DNA of 64,000 bases from Deltaproteobacteria bacterium (GTDB lineage: Bacteria; Desulfobacterota; Desulfuromonadia; Geobacterales; Geobacteraceae): assembly GCA_021847245.1 (NCBI GenBank), contig JAJZUC010000004.1:10478-74477 (forward strand), read 5' to 3'. The position numbers and the translations under genes were made by a program. The notes below the pieces were generated by a model, which was given only the letters and a program-made list of their open reading frames with translations, ran no database searches and was not told where the DNA came from. Positions 9,374-20,315 of this stretch are shown piece after piece (within the stretch, counting starts at the first letter, position 1; each line of letters opens with the position of its first letter).

Positions 9374-10849
9374 ATGGAAGAACTGAGCGAGCTGTTGCTC
9401 CAGAGAAGGCGCAAGGTCGACGCCCTCTGGGAAGCGGGGATCAACCCCTACCCGAACGATTACCGGCCCGAACATACCTCTGCGGATCTTCTGGCCGCCT
9501 ACGGCCAGGTGGAGACCATCGAGGAAGACCCCCGGACGTTCACCGTCGCCGGCCGGATCATTGCCCGGCGCTCCTTCGGCAAGGCCGCCTTCATCCAGTT
9601 GCAGGACCGCAAGGGGCGGATGCAGCTTTACGTGCGCAAGGACACCATCGGTGACGAAGCCTTTGAAAATTTCGAGTCCTTCGATATCGGCGACATCATC
9701 GGCGCCTCCGGCACCCCGTTTCGCACCAAGACCGGCGAGCTGACCCTCAACGCCACCGCCATCCGGCTCCTCACCAAGTCTCTGCTGCCGCTCCCCGAGA
9801 AGTTCCATGGTCTCACCGACGTGGAGACCCGCTACCGCCAGCGTTACGTCGATCTCGTCGTCAACCCCGAGGTGCGTGACGTCTTCGTCAAACGCTCCCG
9901 GATCGTCAACCTGATCCGCGACTTCATGGTGCAGCACGACTTCCTCGAAGTCGAGACGCCGATGATGCAGCCGATCCCCGGCGGTGCCACGGCGAAGCCT
10001 TTCGTGACCCACCACAACGCCCTCGATATGGAGCTCTACCTGCGGATTGCGCCGGAACTCTATCTCAAGCGTCTCGTGGTCGGCGGGTTTGAGCGGGTCT
10101 TCGAGATCAACCGCAATTTCCGCAACGAGGGGATCTCGGTCCGCCACAACCCCGAGTTCACCATGATGGAGTTCTACCAGGCCTATGCCACCTTCGAGGA
10201 ACTGATGGACTTCACCGAGGAGCTCCTCTGCCACGTGGCCCAGGAGATCCTCGGGACCCTCGACTTCACCTATCAGGGGGTGGAGATCAGCTTCCGGCGC
10301 CCATGGAAACGGCTGACCGTCAAACAGGCGATCCTCGAATACGGCGACATCGATGCCAGGTCGCTGGAGGACCGCGATCTCGCCTTCGCTTACGCCCAGC
10401 GGCTCGGGCTCGATCTCCCTCCCGACGTGGGGTACGGCAAGCTCGTCACCGAGATCTTCGAGGAGGTGGCCGAGCCGAAACTGATCCAGCCGACCTTCAT
10501 CACCGCCTACCCGACGGAGGTGTCGCCGCTCTCCCGCAAGAACGACCAGGACCCGGAGATCGTCGACCGTTTCGAGTTCTTCTGCGCCGGTCGCGAGATG
10601 GCCAACGCCTTCTCCGAGCTCAACGACCCGGTGGACCAGAAGGAGCGGTTCCTCGCCCAGGTGGCCCAGAAGGCCAAGGGGGACGAGGAGGCCCACTACA
10701 TGGACGAAGACTACATCCGTGCCCTGGAGATCGGCCTCCCTCCCACGGCGGGGGAGGGGATCGGCATCGACCGGCTGGTCATGCTTTTGACCGATTCTCC
10801 GTCAATTCGAGACGTTATCCTCTTCCCCCAGTTGAGGAAGGAAAAATAG
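9374..10849 (+). CDS. lysS: Lysine--tRNA ligase (class II)
   Basis: YRQRYVDL, LRIAPELYLKRL, FRNEGISVRHNPEF, GEGIGIDRL. Start placed at MEELSELL. Confidence 0.97.
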   Translation: MEELSELLLQRRRKVDALWEAGINPYPNDYRPEHTSADLLAAYGQVETIEEDPRTFTVAGRIIARRSFGKAAFIQLQDRKGRMQLYVRKDTIGDEAFENFESFDIGDIIGASGTPFRTKTGELTLNATAIRLLTKSLLPLPEKFHGLTDVETRYRQRYVDLVVNPEVRDVFVKRSRIVNLIRDFMVQHDFLEVETPMMQPIPGGATAKPFVTHHNALDMELYLRIAPELYLKRLVVGGFERVFEINRNFRNEGISVRHNPEFTMMEFYQAYATFEELMDFTEELLCHVAQEILGTLDFTYQGVEISFRRPWKRLTVKQAILEYGDIDARSLEDRDLAFAYAQRLGLDLPPDVGYGKLVTEIFEEVAEPKLIQPTFITAYPTEVSPLSRKNDQDPEIVDRFEFFCAGREMANAFSELNDPVDQKERFLAQVAQKAKGDEEAHYMDEDYIRALEIGLPPTAGEGIGIDRLVMLLTDSPSIRDVILFPQLRKEK

Positions 10850-10857
10850 GAAAAGCG

Positions 10858-10923
10858 GGGACCTGGGACCGGTGATCGGGGACCGGATGCAATCATAATA
10901 CCGGCCCCTGGTCCCTGGTCTCC
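10858..10923. repeat. Heptanucleotide (GGGACCN) tandem repeat folded back as an imperfect hairpin
   Basis: GGGACCT-GGGACCG-GTGATCG-GGGACCG-G, an AT-rich loop, then CCGGCCC-CTGGTCC-CTGGTCT-CC. Confidence 0.75.
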
Positions 10924-10939
10924 AATACCGGACTCACCC

Positions 10940-12211
10940 ATGCCCTATGAACTATTAATCGGCCTCCGCTACCTGAAGGCAAAACGGAAGTCGACCTTCA
11001 TCTCCATCATCACTTTCATCTCCACCGCCGGTGTGACTCTCGGCGTGATGGCTCTCATCATCGTCCTGGCGGTCATGACCGGCTTCGAGGAGGATCTGAA
11101 GGACAAGATCCTCGGGACCAACGCCCACATCGTCGTCCTGAAGAGCGGTGGCATGATCGAACAGTACGACCGGCTTCTGGCGCAACTCGGCAAGGTGCAG
11201 GGAGTTGTGGCCGAAACGCCGTTCATCTACAGCCAGGTGATGCTCTCGTCGGGAAACAATGTTTCCGGCGTCGTCCTCCGCGGCATCGACACCCGGACCG
11301 ATCCCCTCGTCACCAATCTCAGCCGCTCCCTCGTAGAAGGTAAGCTCTCCGAACTGGACATCGCTCCATCGCCTCTGGCCTCCCAGCCCCCGGCGAAACC
11401 CGGCATCATCATCGGCAAGGAGCTTGCCCGCAACCTCAATCTCTTCACCGGCGACACCATCAACGTCATCTCCCCCATGGGAAACATCACCCCCCTGGGG
11501 ATGGTGCCGAAGATGCGGCAGTTCAAGGTGGTCGGCATCTTCAACACCGGCATGTTCGAGTACGACTCGACCCTGGCGTACGTGAGCCTCGGCGAGGCCC
11601 AGGATTTCCTCTCCATGGGGAATGCGGTGACCGGCATTCAGCTGAAGGTCGCCGACGTCTATCACACCGGCACCCTGGTGCGCGAGATCAACCGCGAGCT
11701 CGGCTTTCCGTACTACGCCCGCGACTGGATGCAGATGAACAAGAACATTCTTTTTGCGTTGAAGACCGAAAAGATGGTAATGTTCATCATTCTGACCCTG
11801 ATCGTGCTGGTGGCCGCCTTCGGCATCGCCTCGACGCTTTTCATGGTGGTCCTCGAGAAGACCAAGGACATTGCCATCCTCAAGTCGATGGGGGCGACCG
11901 GGCGCAGCATCATGAAGATTTTTGTCCTCGAAGGGCTCATCATCGGCATCTCCGGGACGGCGATCGGCGTGGCCGGGGGGCTCGCCGTGGCGTGGAACCT
12001 GGAGCCGATCGTCGGTTTCATCCAGCGGATGACCGGGTTCGAACTCTTCAGCAAGGATGTCTACTATCTCGACCATTTCCCCTCAAAGGTGGTCCCTTCG
12101 GATGTGCTGCTCATCTCCGTGACGGCGGTCCTCATTTCCCTGGTGGCGACCCTCTATCCATCGTGGCAGGCGTCGCGGCTTCCGCCGGCGGAGGCGCTCC
12201 GGTATGAGTAA
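10940..12211 (+). CDS. lolE: Lipoprotein-releasing ABC transporter permease (single LolC/E, LolF-type)
   Basis: [48 protein letters not shown]. Confidence 0.92.
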   Translation: MPYELLIGLRYLKAKRKSTFISIITFISTAGVTLGVMALIIVLAVMTGFEEDLKDKILGTNAHIVVLKSGGMIEQYDRLLAQLGKVQGVVAETPFIYSQVMLSSGNNVSGVVLRGIDTRTDPLVTNLSRSLVEGKLSELDIAPSPLASQPPAKPGIIIGKELARNLNLFTGDTINVISPMGNITPLGMVPKMRQFKVVGIFNTGMFEYDSTLAYVSLGEAQDFLSMGNAVTGIQLKVADVYHTGTLVREINRELGFPYYARDWMQMNKNILFALKTEKMVMFIILTLIVLVAAFGIASTLFMVVLEKTKDIAILKSMGATGRSIMKIFVLEGLIIGISGTAIGVAGGLAVAWNLEPIVGFIQRMTGFELFSKDVYYLDHFPSKVVPSDVLLISVTAVLISLVATLYPSWQASRLPPAEALRYE

Positions 12212-12935
12212 GCTGCTGGAGGTGGTCGATCTCCACAAGAGTTACGGCACCGGCGCTGCCTGCGTCGAGGTGCTCAAGGGGGTGAACCTCTCGGTGGAGG
12301 AGGGGGAAACCATCGCCCTGGTCGGTGCTTCGGGCGCCGGGAAGAGTACCCTTCTGCACATCATGGGGACCCTCGATCGCCCCACCTCGGGGACGGTCCT
12401 GTTCGGTGGCGAGGAGATATTCCGCAAGGGAGATGTTTCCCTGGCGGCGTTTCGCAACCGCTCTATCGGCTTCGTGTTTCAGTTTCACCACCTTCTTCCC
12501 GAGTTCACCGCCCTCGAGAACGTGATGATGCCTGCCCTGATCGGAGGTGCCCGTCACAGCGAAGCGGTCGGTCCGGCGAAGGAGCTCCTGACAGAGGTGG
12601 GGCTCGCCCACCGGCTGACCCACAAGCCGGGAGAGCTTTCGGGAGGAGAGCAGCAGCGGGTGGCCATCGCCCGTGCCCTCGTCCTTTCGCCGCGCCTGCT
12701 TCTCGCCGATGAGCCGACCGGCAACCTTGACATGAAGACGAGTGACGAAGTGCATGAGACCCTGGCGGGGATTCACCGCAGGCGGGGAATTACCCTGGTC
12801 ATCGTCACCCACAACGAGATTCTGGCTTCCCGCATGGGGAGGACGGTCCGCCTCGTAGACGGCCGGATCGAGGCCGATGAGCCGCGGATGTCTCCGACGC
12901 ATCCCAAATCCAACGTTCTCCCGGGGGAGAAGTGA
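12204..12935 (+). CDS. lolD: Lipoprotein-releasing ABC transporter ATP-binding protein
   Basis: [48 protein letters not shown]. Confidence 0.94.
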   Translation: MSKLLEVVDLHKSYGTGAACVEVLKGVNLSVEEGETIALVGASGAGKSTLLHIMGTLDRPTSGTVLFGGEEIFRKGDVSLAAFRNRSIGFVFQFHHLLPEFTALENVMMPALIGGARHSEAVGPAKELLTEVGLAHRLTHKPGELSGGEQQRVAIARALVLSPRLLLADEPTGNLDMKTSDEVHETLAGIHRRRGITLVIVTHNEILASRMGRTVRLVDGRIEADEPRMSPTHPKSNVLPGEK

Positions 12936-15220
12936 GACGGTTACACGCGACAACATTAGGAATCGTGGCGGCATGCGTTATCGGCGTCCCTGGTGCCCAT
13001 GCGGAAGGGGAGAAGATCGTCGACCTCAAGGTCAGGGGGAACCGGCGGGTGGAGACCGCCGCCATCCTGAACGCGATCAAGCTCAAGGCGGGGGATATCC
13101 TCTACGCTGAGAAGGTTGATGCCGATCTGCGCACCATTTACAAACTGGGGCAGTTCCAGGATGTCAAGGCCGAGACGGAGAAGGCCGACGGCGGCGTGGT
13201 GCTCGTCTATGCGGTGGTGGAGAAGCCGGTCATCCGCGAGATAAAGATCGAGGGGAACAAAGAGCTTTCCACCGAGAAGGTCAGGGACGCCTTCGGACTC
13301 AAGGCCAACACCATCTTTTCCCAGAAGGAACTCTCCCTGGCGGCGAAGAAGGTCAAGAAGCTGTACAACGACGAGGGGTACTATCTCGCCGAAGTAAACA
13401 CCCGGAGCGAGACCCGCGGCAATGACATCCGGGTGGTGGTTTCCATAACCGAGGGGGAGAAGGTCCTCATCAAGACCATCAGGTTCGAGGGAAACAGGGC
13501 CTTCACCGCCCGCAAGCTGCGCGGCGTCATGGAGACCCAGGAGAAGTGGTTCCTCTCCTGGCTGACCGGTGCCGGGACCTACAAGGACGAGGTGCTCAAG
13601 AACGATGTAGCGCTGATCGCCGACCTTTACTTCAACAACGGTTACATCAATGTGAAGGTGGGCGAGCCGGAGGTCAGGCTCCTCCCCGACAAGAACGGTC
13701 TGGAAGTGACCATCGGGATCACCGAGGGAGAACAGTTCCGGACCGGCTCCATCTCGTTCAAGGGGGACCTGCTGGAGAAGGAGAGCGTCCTCGCCGCCGC
13801 CCTCAAGCTGAAGCCCGGCGAGATCTTCAGCAGGGGAAACCTGCGGACCGACGTCCAGACCCTCACCGATCTCTATGCCGACAAGGGGTACGCCTTCACC
13901 AACGTCAACCCTCTCACCAAGGTCAATCCCGAACAGAAGACGGTCGATATCACCTTCGACTTCGAGAAGGGGGAGAAGGTCTACATCGACCACATCAACA
14001 TCTCCGGCAACGCCAAGACGCGCGACAAGGTTCTGCGGCGCGAGATGAAGGTGGCCGAAGGGGAGACCTACAGCAGCACCGGCCTCAGGAAGAGCAAGCA
14101 GAGCCTCATGAACCTCGGCTTCTTCGAGGAGGCGAACATCTCCACCACCAAGGGAAGCGCCGACAACAAGCTGGACGTGAACGTCGAGGTGAAGGAGAAG
14201 CCGACCGGGACCTTCAGCATCGGGGCCGGTTACAGCTCCCTCGACGGACTGATCGGGCAGGGATCGGTCTCCCAGGGGAACTTTCTCGGGCTCGGCCTCA
14301 AGGGAAATCTCGCCGCATCCCTGGGCGGCAAGTCTTCCACCTATAACGCAGGTCTCACCGATCCCTACTTCCTCGACACCCGCTGGACCCTCGGCGGCGA
14401 CATCTACCGGACCGAGCGCGTCTACCTCGACTTCACGCGCCGGTCGACCGGCGGCGACATCAAGGCGGGTCACCTCCTCGGCGACACCATGAGCACCCTC
14501 TGGGTGTACAAGTACGAGGACAAGAAGATTCTCAACGTTTCCAAGGCGCTTCGCGTGGTTCCCGAGACCACGACGACCACGAGCTCCATCTACGCGAGCC
14601 TCACCCGTAACACCACCGACTACCGCCTCGATCCGACCGTCGGGATGGTGAACAATCTCTCGGTCGAGTTCGCCGGGCTCGGAGGGACGAACCGCTTTGT
14701 GCGCTATTTCGGCGACACCTCGGTCTTTTTCCCCCTGAAATGGAATACGGTTCTGAGCCTGAGGGGGGCCATCGGCTACATCCAGGGAATCGGCAAGGAT
14801 ATACCCATCGACGAAAAGTTCTTCGCCGGCGGCATCTCCACCCTTCGGGGATACCAGGGGCGAAGCGTCAGCCCGTCGATCATCACCAACGTGGAGAATG
14901 TCGACCAGAACGGCCAGAAGACCACCACGCCCGAACGCGCGTTCATCGGCGGCGACAAGGAAGCGATCTTCAACGCCGAATACACCTTCCCGCTCATCAA
15001 GGAGGCGGGGCTCAAGGGGGTCCTCTTCTTCGATGCCGGCAACGTCTACGGTGAAAACCAGGATATGATGTCGAGCTTCCGGATGAGCTACGGGGGGGGG
15101 ATCCGCTGGACCTCTCCGTTGGGGCCGCTGCGGCTGGAGTACGGCATTCCGCTCAATCCGCGCGACGGGATCGACAAAAAGAGCGGTCGCTTCGAGTTTT
15201 CCATCGGAAGCTTTTTCTAA
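12932..15220 (+). CDS. bamA: Outer membrane protein assembly factor BamA
   Basis: Signal peptide, POTRA repeats (GNRRV, GNKEL, GNRAF, GNAKTRD), LRGY loop motif, [11 protein letters not shown] and a terminal Phe. Confidence 0.96.
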   Translation: MRRLHATTLGIVAACVIGVPGAHAEGEKIVDLKVRGNRRVETAAILNAIKLKAGDILYAEKVDADLRTIYKLGQFQDVKAETEKADGGVVLVYAVVEKPVIREIKIEGNKELSTEKVRDAFGLKANTIFSQKELSLAAKKVKKLYNDEGYYLAEVNTRSETRGNDIRVVVSITEGEKVLIKTIRFEGNRAFTARKLRGVMETQEKWFLSWLTGAGTYKDEVLKNDVALIADLYFNNGYINVKVGEPEVRLLPDKNGLEVTIGITEGEQFRTGSISFKGDLLEKESVLAAALKLKPGEIFSRGNLRTDVQTLTDLYADKGYAFTNVNPLTKVNPEQKTVDITFDFEKGEKVYIDHINISGNAKTRDKVLRREMKVAEGETYSSTGLRKSKQSLMNLGFFEEANISTTKGSADNKLDVNVEVKEKPTGTFSIGAGYSSLDGLIGQGSVSQGNFLGLGLKGNLAASLGGKSSTYNAGLTDPYFLDTRWTLGGDIYRTERVYLDFTRRSTGGDIKAGHLLGDTMSTLWVYKYEDKKILNVSKALRVVPETTTTTSSIYASLTRNTTDYRLDPTVGMVNNLSVEFAGLGGTNRFVRYFGDTSVFFPLKWNTVLSLRGAIGYIQGIGKDIPIDEKFFAGGISTLRGYQGRSVSPSIITNVENVDQNGQKTTTPERAFIGGDKEAIFNAEYTFPLIKEAGLKGVLFFDAGNVYGENQDMMSSFRMSYGGGIRWTSPLGPLRLEYGIPLNPRDGIDKKSGRFEFSIGSFF

Positions 15221-15292
15221 ATCAGCCTACCGTTCGCCGAATATACGCATGGTTACCCGACCACGGGAATGCATTGCGCAAAAGGAGAAACA

Positions 15293-15814
15293 ATGAAAAG
15301 GATCGTTGCAGCAGTTCTCGTCTCGTTGTCGCTCATGGCCGTTTCCGCCGCATTCGGAGCCGATGGCGCCAAGCTCGGTTATATCGACATGCAGAAGGCG
15401 CTCAACCTTTCCGATGCGGGGAAGGAAGCAAAGGAACAGCTCGCCGCCAAGGTCAAGAAGTACCAGGACGAGATCAACTCCAAGCAGGAAGAGCTGAAGA
15501 AGCTGAAGGACGACCTGGAGAAGCAGAGCGTCCTGCTCTCCGAATCGGCCCGCAGCGCCAAGGAGAAGGATTACCAGCAGAAGCTCAAGGAGTTCCAGCG
15601 CTTCACCAAGGATGCCCAGGACGAGCTCCAGGCCAAGGACGAGGAGTTCACCAAGAAGATCATCGAGGAACTGGAGCGGGTGATCCAGGATTTCGGCCGC
15701 AAGAACGGATATACGTTCATCTTCGTCCGCAACGAGGGGATGATCTTCGCGGACGACAAGGCCGATGTGACCGACGAAGTCCTCAAGAATTTCAACGCGT
15801 CCCGGAAGAAGTAA
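15293..15814 (+). CDS. skp: Periplasmic chaperone Skp/OmpH
   Basis: AAGGAG SD, signal peptide, KLGYIDMQ, long coiled coil and DVTDEVL; lies between bamA and lpxD. Confidence 0.93.
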   Translation: MKRIVAAVLVSLSLMAVSAAFGADGAKLGYIDMQKALNLSDAGKEAKEQLAAKVKKYQDEINSKQEELKKLKDDLEKQSVLLSESARSAKEKDYQQKLKEFQRFTKDAQDELQAKDEEFTKKIIEELERVIQDFGRKNGYTFIFVRNEGMIFADDKADVTDEVLKNFNASRKK

Positions 15815-15817
15815 CCG

Positions 15818-16858
15818 ATGGCAACGGGAAAGACGCTCAAGGAGCTGGCCGAGTACCTCGGCGGGACCGTGGCCGGCGACGTGGGGAAGACCGTCACCGG
15901 TGTGGCAAGTCTCGACGATGCCGGTAGCGAACAGATTACGTTTCTCGCCAATCCCAAGTATGCCGCCAAGGTTGCGACGACGAGGGCCGGGGCCGTTGTC
16001 CTTCCTCCCGGGGCCGAACGCCACGGCCGCAATGCAATCGTGGTGGCGAACCCCTATCTCGCCTTCGCCAAGCTACTGACCCTGTTCCATGTCGCCTCCC
16101 GCCCATCGAGAGGTATCTTGGACGGGGCGCGGGTCGGCCAGGGGGTAAAGGTCGGGGAGAATGTGACGGTCTATCCGGGAGCCACCCTCGGCGACGGGGT
16201 GACGCTCGGCGACCGGGTGACCATCCACCCCGGGGCGGTCGTGTATGAAGGGGTCACGATCGGCGACGACGTGACCATCCACGCAAACGCCGTCGTGTAT
16301 CAGGGGTGCCGGATCGGCAACCGGGTCACGATTCACGGGGGTACGGTCATCGGTTCCGACGGCTTCGGTTATGCCCCCGACGGGGATGGGTATTACAAGA
16401 TCCCCCAGCTGGGGATCGTGGTGATCGAGGAAGACGTGGAGATCGGTGCCAATACGGTCATCGACCGCGCGGCATTGACCGCCACCGTCATCGGCAGGGG
16501 GACCAAGATCGACAACCTGGTCCAGGTCGCCCATAACTGCGTCATCGGCCAGAACTGCACCATCGTTTCCCAGGTCGGCATCTCCGGCAGCACCAGGCTC
16601 GGCAATCACGTCACGCTCGCCGGGCAGGTGGGGGTTGCCGGGCATCTCACCATCGGCGACAACGTGATGGTGGGTGCAAAATCCGGTATCCCCGGAAACG
16701 TCCCTTCCGGCTCCCTCGTGAGTGGTATCCCGGCCTTCGGCCACCGGGAGTGGCTCCGCTCCATGGCGGTGGTGCCGAAGCTTCCCGATCTGAAGAAGAC
16801 AGTCGCTGCCCTGGAAAAGCGGGTGATGGAACTGGAGGAGAAGCTCGCCGCGGGGTAA
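15818..16858 (+). CDS. lpxD: UDP-3-O-(3-hydroxyacyl)glucosamine N-acyltransferase
   Basis: [16 protein letters not shown], hexapeptide repeats, [19 protein letters not shown]. Confidence 0.96.
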   Translation: MATGKTLKELAEYLGGTVAGDVGKTVTGVASLDDAGSEQITFLANPKYAAKVATTRAGAVVLPPGAERHGRNAIVVANPYLAFAKLLTLFHVASRPSRGILDGARVGQGVKVGENVTVYPGATLGDGVTLGDRVTIHPGAVVYEGVTIGDDVTIHANAVVYQGCRIGNRVTIHGGTVIGSDGFGYAPDGDGYYKIPQLGIVVIEEDVEIGANTVIDRAALTATVIGRGTKIDNLVQVAHNCVIGQNCTIVSQVGISGSTRLGNHVTLAGQVGVAGHLTIGDNVMVGAKSGIPGNVPSGSLVSGIPAFGHREWLRSMAVVPKLPDLKKTVAALEKRVMELEEKLAAG

Positions 16859-16927
16859 AATGGCCGTTGTCTTCTCCCGTATGTCGCGCTTCAGGTTTCT
16901 ATTTTTTATTCTCTGCAGGAGGGGGAA

Positions 16928-17368
16928 ATGCTTGACATCAACGATATCATGAAGATTCTGCCGCACCGCTATCCGTTCCTGCTGGTTGACCGGATTGTGG
17001 AAATCGAGGAAGGAAAGCGGTGTGTCGGGATCAAGAACGTCACGATCAACGAGCCGTTTTTCCAGGGGCATTTTCCCGGGCATCCGGTCATGCCGGGAGT
17101 TCTGATCATCGAGGCGATGGCCCAGGTGGCCGGGATCATGGCCTATCTCGCCTCCGACGATGAGACCCGCAGCAAGGTTAGCTACTTCATGGCGATCGAC
17201 AGCGCCAAGTTCCGCCGGCCGGTATTCCCGGGCGATCAACTCCGGATCGAGGTGGAGACGACCCTCAACCGGCGCGGGATCTGGGGGGTGAGCGCCAAGG
17301 CGTACGTGGACGGCAAGCTCGTCACCGAGGCGGAGCTCAAGGCGACCTTCGCGGATAAGGAGAAGTAG
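16928..17368 (+). CDS. fabZ: 3-hydroxyacyl-ACP dehydratase
   Basis: LPHRYPFLLVDR and FFQGHFPGHPVMPGVLIIEAMAQ. Confidence 0.97.
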   Translation: MLDINDIMKILPHRYPFLLVDRIVEIEEGKRCVGIKNVTINEPFFQGHFPGHPVMPGVLIIEAMAQVAGIMAYLASDDETRSKVSYFMAIDSAKFRRPVFPGDQLRIEVETTLNRRGIWGVSAKAYVDGKLVTEAELKATFADKEK

Positions 17369-17388
17369 CGCACAGGCGCTCGGGCACC

Positions 17389-18159
17389 ATGATTCATCCG
17401 ACAGCACTCATTCACCCCAAGGCCGAGCTGGCCGAAGGGATAGAGATCGGGCCCTACGCCATCGTCGGCGAGCACGTCAGGATCGGCAGGGGGACGAAGG
17501 TCGGCCCCCATTCGGTCATCGACGGCTGGACCGAGATCGGCGAGGATAACCAGATCTTCTCCATGGCCTCCGTGGGGGGGATTCCCCAGGACCTGAAATA
17601 CCGGGGCGAAGAGACCTGGCTGCGGATCGGCAACCGTAACATCATCCGCGAGTTCACGACGCTCCAGCCCGGGACGGTGACCGGCATCGGCGAGACGGTC
17701 ATCGGCGACAACAACCTGTTCATGGCATACTGCCATGTGGCCCACGACTGCATCGTCGGCAACCGGGTCATCATGGCCAACGGCTCCACCCTGGCGGGGC
17801 ACGTGGAGGTGGAGGACTTCGCCATCCTGGGCGGTCTGTCGGCGGTGCACCAGTTCACCCGCGTCGGCGAGAGCGCCATGCTCTCCGGGGGGGCCATGGT
17901 CGGGCAGGATGTGCTCCCCTACACCGTCGCCAGCGGCAACCGGGCCACCTCCTCCGGCTTGAATACCGTGGGGCTCAAGCGCCGCGGGTTTTCGGCCGAG
18001 ACCATCGCCGCCATCAAGAAGGGGTACCGGCTCATTATCCGTTCCGGCCTCCGGCTGGAGGAGGCGTTGCGCCGGATCAGGGCCGAGGTGCCCGATTTGC
18101 CGGAGATTGCCCATTTTGTGGCATTTGCCGAGAAATCCGAGAGAGGACTCTGTCGATGA
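17389..18159 (+). CDS. lpxA: Acyl-ACP--UDP-GlcNAc(3N) acyltransferase
   Basis: IHPTALI, PQDLKY, HVAHDC, LAGHV, VHQF, GLNTVGLKRRGF. Confidence 0.97.
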   Translation: MIHPTALIHPKAELAEGIEIGPYAIVGEHVRIGRGTKVGPHSVIDGWTEIGEDNQIFSMASVGGIPQDLKYRGEETWLRIGNRNIIREFTTLQPGTVTGIGETVIGDNNLFMAYCHVAHDCIVGNRVIMANGSTLAGHVEVEDFAILGGLSAVHQFTRVGESAMLSGGAMVGQDVLPYTVASGNRATSSGLNTVGLKRRGFSAETIAAIKKGYRLIIRSGLRLEEALRRIRAEVPDLPEIAHFVAFAEKSERGLCR

Positions 18160-19088
18160 GTGACAAGATTCGAACCGCAGTTATCGGTGTTGGTTACCTG
18201 GGTCAGTTCCATGCCGAGAAGTATGCGCAACTGCCGGAATCCGAGCTGGTCGGGGTGGTGGACACTGACCGCGCCCGTGTCGACGAGGTGGCAGCCAAGG
18301 TCGGTACGGTCGGCTACACCGACTACCGGGAGCTGCTTGACAAGGTCGACGCGGTCAGCATCGTCGTGCCGACCCAGTACCACTTCGAGGTGGCCCGGGC
18401 ATTCCTGGAGCGTGGCGTCCATGTCCTGCTCGAAAAGCCGATCACCACCACCGTCGAAGAGGCCGACGAGCTGATCCGGCTTGCCGACGAGAAGAAGGCG
18501 ATCTTCCAGGTGGGGCACCTGGAACGGTTCAACCCGGTGGTGATCGGCCTTGAAGGGCTTCTCACCGAACCGCGCTTCGTGGAGTCGATCCGGATTGCCC
18601 CCTTCAAGCCGCGCGGTACCGATGTGAACGTCGTGCTCGACCTGATGATCCACGACATCGACATCATCCAGACCATCGTCGGTTCCCCGGTGAGTCAGAT
18701 TAACTCCATCGGAGCGCCGGTCTTCACCGACGAAGAAGATATCGCCAATGCCCGGATCCAGTTCGAGAATGGCTGCGTGGCCAACGTCACCGCCAGCCGG
18801 ATCAGCCTCAAGAGCGAGCGGAAGATGCGGATCTTCCAGCCCGACTCCTACATCTCCGTCGATTTCCAGAACAAGAAGCTCGCGGTTTTCCGCAAAGGGA
18901 GCGGCGAGATGTTCCCCGGCGTTCCCAACGTGAACATGGAAGAGAAGAGCTTCGAGCAAGGGGATGCCCTCAAGAGCGAGATCGCCTCGTTCCTCGACTG
19001 TGTGGCAACGGGGAAAGCACCGGTGGTTTCGGGACGCGACGGCAAGCGGGCGCTGGAGACGGCGCTCATGATCAGCAGGAAACTGTAG
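18156..19088 (+). CDS. gnnA: Gfo/Idh/MocA oxidoreductase, probable UDP-GlcNAc 3-dehydrogenase
   Basis: GVGYLGQFH, LLEKP, GHLERFNP, DLMIHDID. The lpxA-X-Y-lpxB position matches the known gnnAB arrangement. Confidence 0.85.
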   Translation: MSDKIRTAVIGVGYLGQFHAEKYAQLPESELVGVVDTDRARVDEVAAKVGTVGYTDYRELLDKVDAVSIVVPTQYHFEVARAFLERGVHVLLEKPITTTVEEADELIRLADEKKAIFQVGHLERFNPVVIGLEGLLTEPRFVESIRIAPFKPRGTDVNVVLDLMIHDIDIIQTIVGSPVSQINSIGAPVFTDEEDIANARIQFENGCVANVTASRISLKSERKMRIFQPDSYISVDFQNKKLAVFRKGSGEMFPGVPNVNMEEKSFEQGDALKSEIASFLDCVATGKAPVVSGRDGKRALETALMISRKL

Positions 19089-19131
19089 GGGCGCGGTTTC
19101 CGCGCCCAGGGCGGGGGAACCCCGCCCCTAC
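19085..19131. repeat. Inverted doublet of 23-bp GTAG-family REP palindromes (REPIN-like)
   Basis: GTAG-GGGCGCGG-TTT-CCGCGCCC on + (19085-19107) and GTAG-GGGCGGGG-TTC-CCCCGCCC on - (19131-19109), 1 bp apart. Confidence 0.8.
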
Positions 19132-19151
19132 ATTTGATGGAGGACATTGAC

Positions 19152-20249
19152 ATGATTCCGATGGTAGACCTGAAGGTTCAGTACCTGCAGATAAAAGAGG
19201 AGATTGACCGGGGTATTCTGGACGCCCTTGAGAAGACCCAGTTCATCCTGGGACCCAATGTGACAGCCTTTGAGGAAGAGGCTGCCGCCTGTCTCGGCGT
19301 CAAGTATGCCGTCGGGGTCGCGTCGGGGACCGATGCACTCCACCTCGCCCTCGCCGCTGCCGGGGTGAAAGAGGGTGATGAGGTGATCACCTCTCCCTTC
19401 ACCTTCATCGCCACCGCCGAGGCGATCCGTTATGTGGGGGCGACGCCGGTCTTCGTCGACATCGACCCGAAAACCTACAACATCGATCCGGCCAAGGTCG
19501 AGGCGGCCATCACCCCGAAGACCCGGGCGGTCCTTCCGGTCCACCTCTTCGGCCAGCCGGCCGATCTGGCCGCCATCGAAGCGCTCTGCACGAAGCATGG
19601 TCTGCTCCTGATCGAGGACTGCGCCCAGTCCTTCGGCGCCGATTTCGGCGGCAGGATGACCGGTACCATCGGGGCGCTCGGTTCGTTCAGCTTCTTCCCG
19701 AGCAAAAACCTTGGCTGCTACGGCGACGGAGGCCTCGTAACCACCCCCTGCCCGGAAATGGCCGAGCGGGTCAAGGTGCTCCGCAACCACGGGAGCAAAG
19801 TCCGCTACCATCACTCGGTGATCGGCTACAACAGCCGTCTCGACGAGATCCAGGCGGTCATCCTCCGGGTTAAGCTCAAGCACATCAAGGAGTACAACGC
19901 GGGGCGCCGGCGCGTCGCCCATCTCTACAGCGAACTGCTGGCCGGCACCGGTGCCGTGACCCCCTTCGAGGACGGGAAGGGGACCCACGTCTACCACCAG
20001 TACACGATCCTCACCGAGCGCCGCGACGCGGTCATGAAGGCCCTCTCCGAGGCCGGCATCGCGTCGGCGGTCTACTATCCGATTCCGCTTCACAAGCAGG
20101 AAGTCTTCGCCGCCGACTGCGCCGGGGTCTCGCTTCCGATCGCAGAGGAGGTGGCATCCCGCTGCATGTCTCTGCCGATCTTCCCGGAGATGACCGAGGC
20201 GCAGGTACGGGAAGTGGCAGGTGTCGTCGCGGCGGCGCTAAAGGCGTAA
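19152..20249 (+). CDS. gnnB: DegT/DnrJ family PLP aminotransferase, probable UDP-3-keto-GlcNAc aminotransferase
   Basis: SGTDAL, EDCAQ, SFFPSKNLGCYGDGG, NSRLDEIQA; lies between gnnA and lpxB. Confidence 0.85.
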   Translation: MIPMVDLKVQYLQIKEEIDRGILDALEKTQFILGPNVTAFEEEAAACLGVKYAVGVASGTDALHLALAAAGVKEGDEVITSPFTFIATAEAIRYVGATPVFVDIDPKTYNIDPAKVEAAITPKTRAVLPVHLFGQPADLAAIEALCTKHGLLLIEDCAQSFGADFGGRMTGTIGALGSFSFFPSKNLGCYGDGGLVTTPCPEMAERVKVLRNHGSKVRYHHSVIGYNSRLDEIQAVILRVKLKHIKEYNAGRRRVAHLYSELLAGTGAVTPFEDGKGTHVYHQYTILTERRDAVMKALSEAGIASAVYYPIPLHKQEVFAADCAGVSLPIAEEVASRCMSLPIFPEMTEAQVREVAGVVAAALKA

Positions 20250-20279
20250 ACAGAACAAGACCTTTTCGGGCAGAAACGG

Positions 20280-20312
20280 AAGAGACGCCTCCTGTGGGCG
20301 TCTCTTTGTATT
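20280..20312 (+). terminator. Terminator-like hairpin between gnnB and lpxB
   Basis: AAGAGACGCCT/GGGCGTCTCTT stem, 5-nt loop, then TGTATT. Confidence 0.55.
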
Positions 20313-20315
20313 GTT

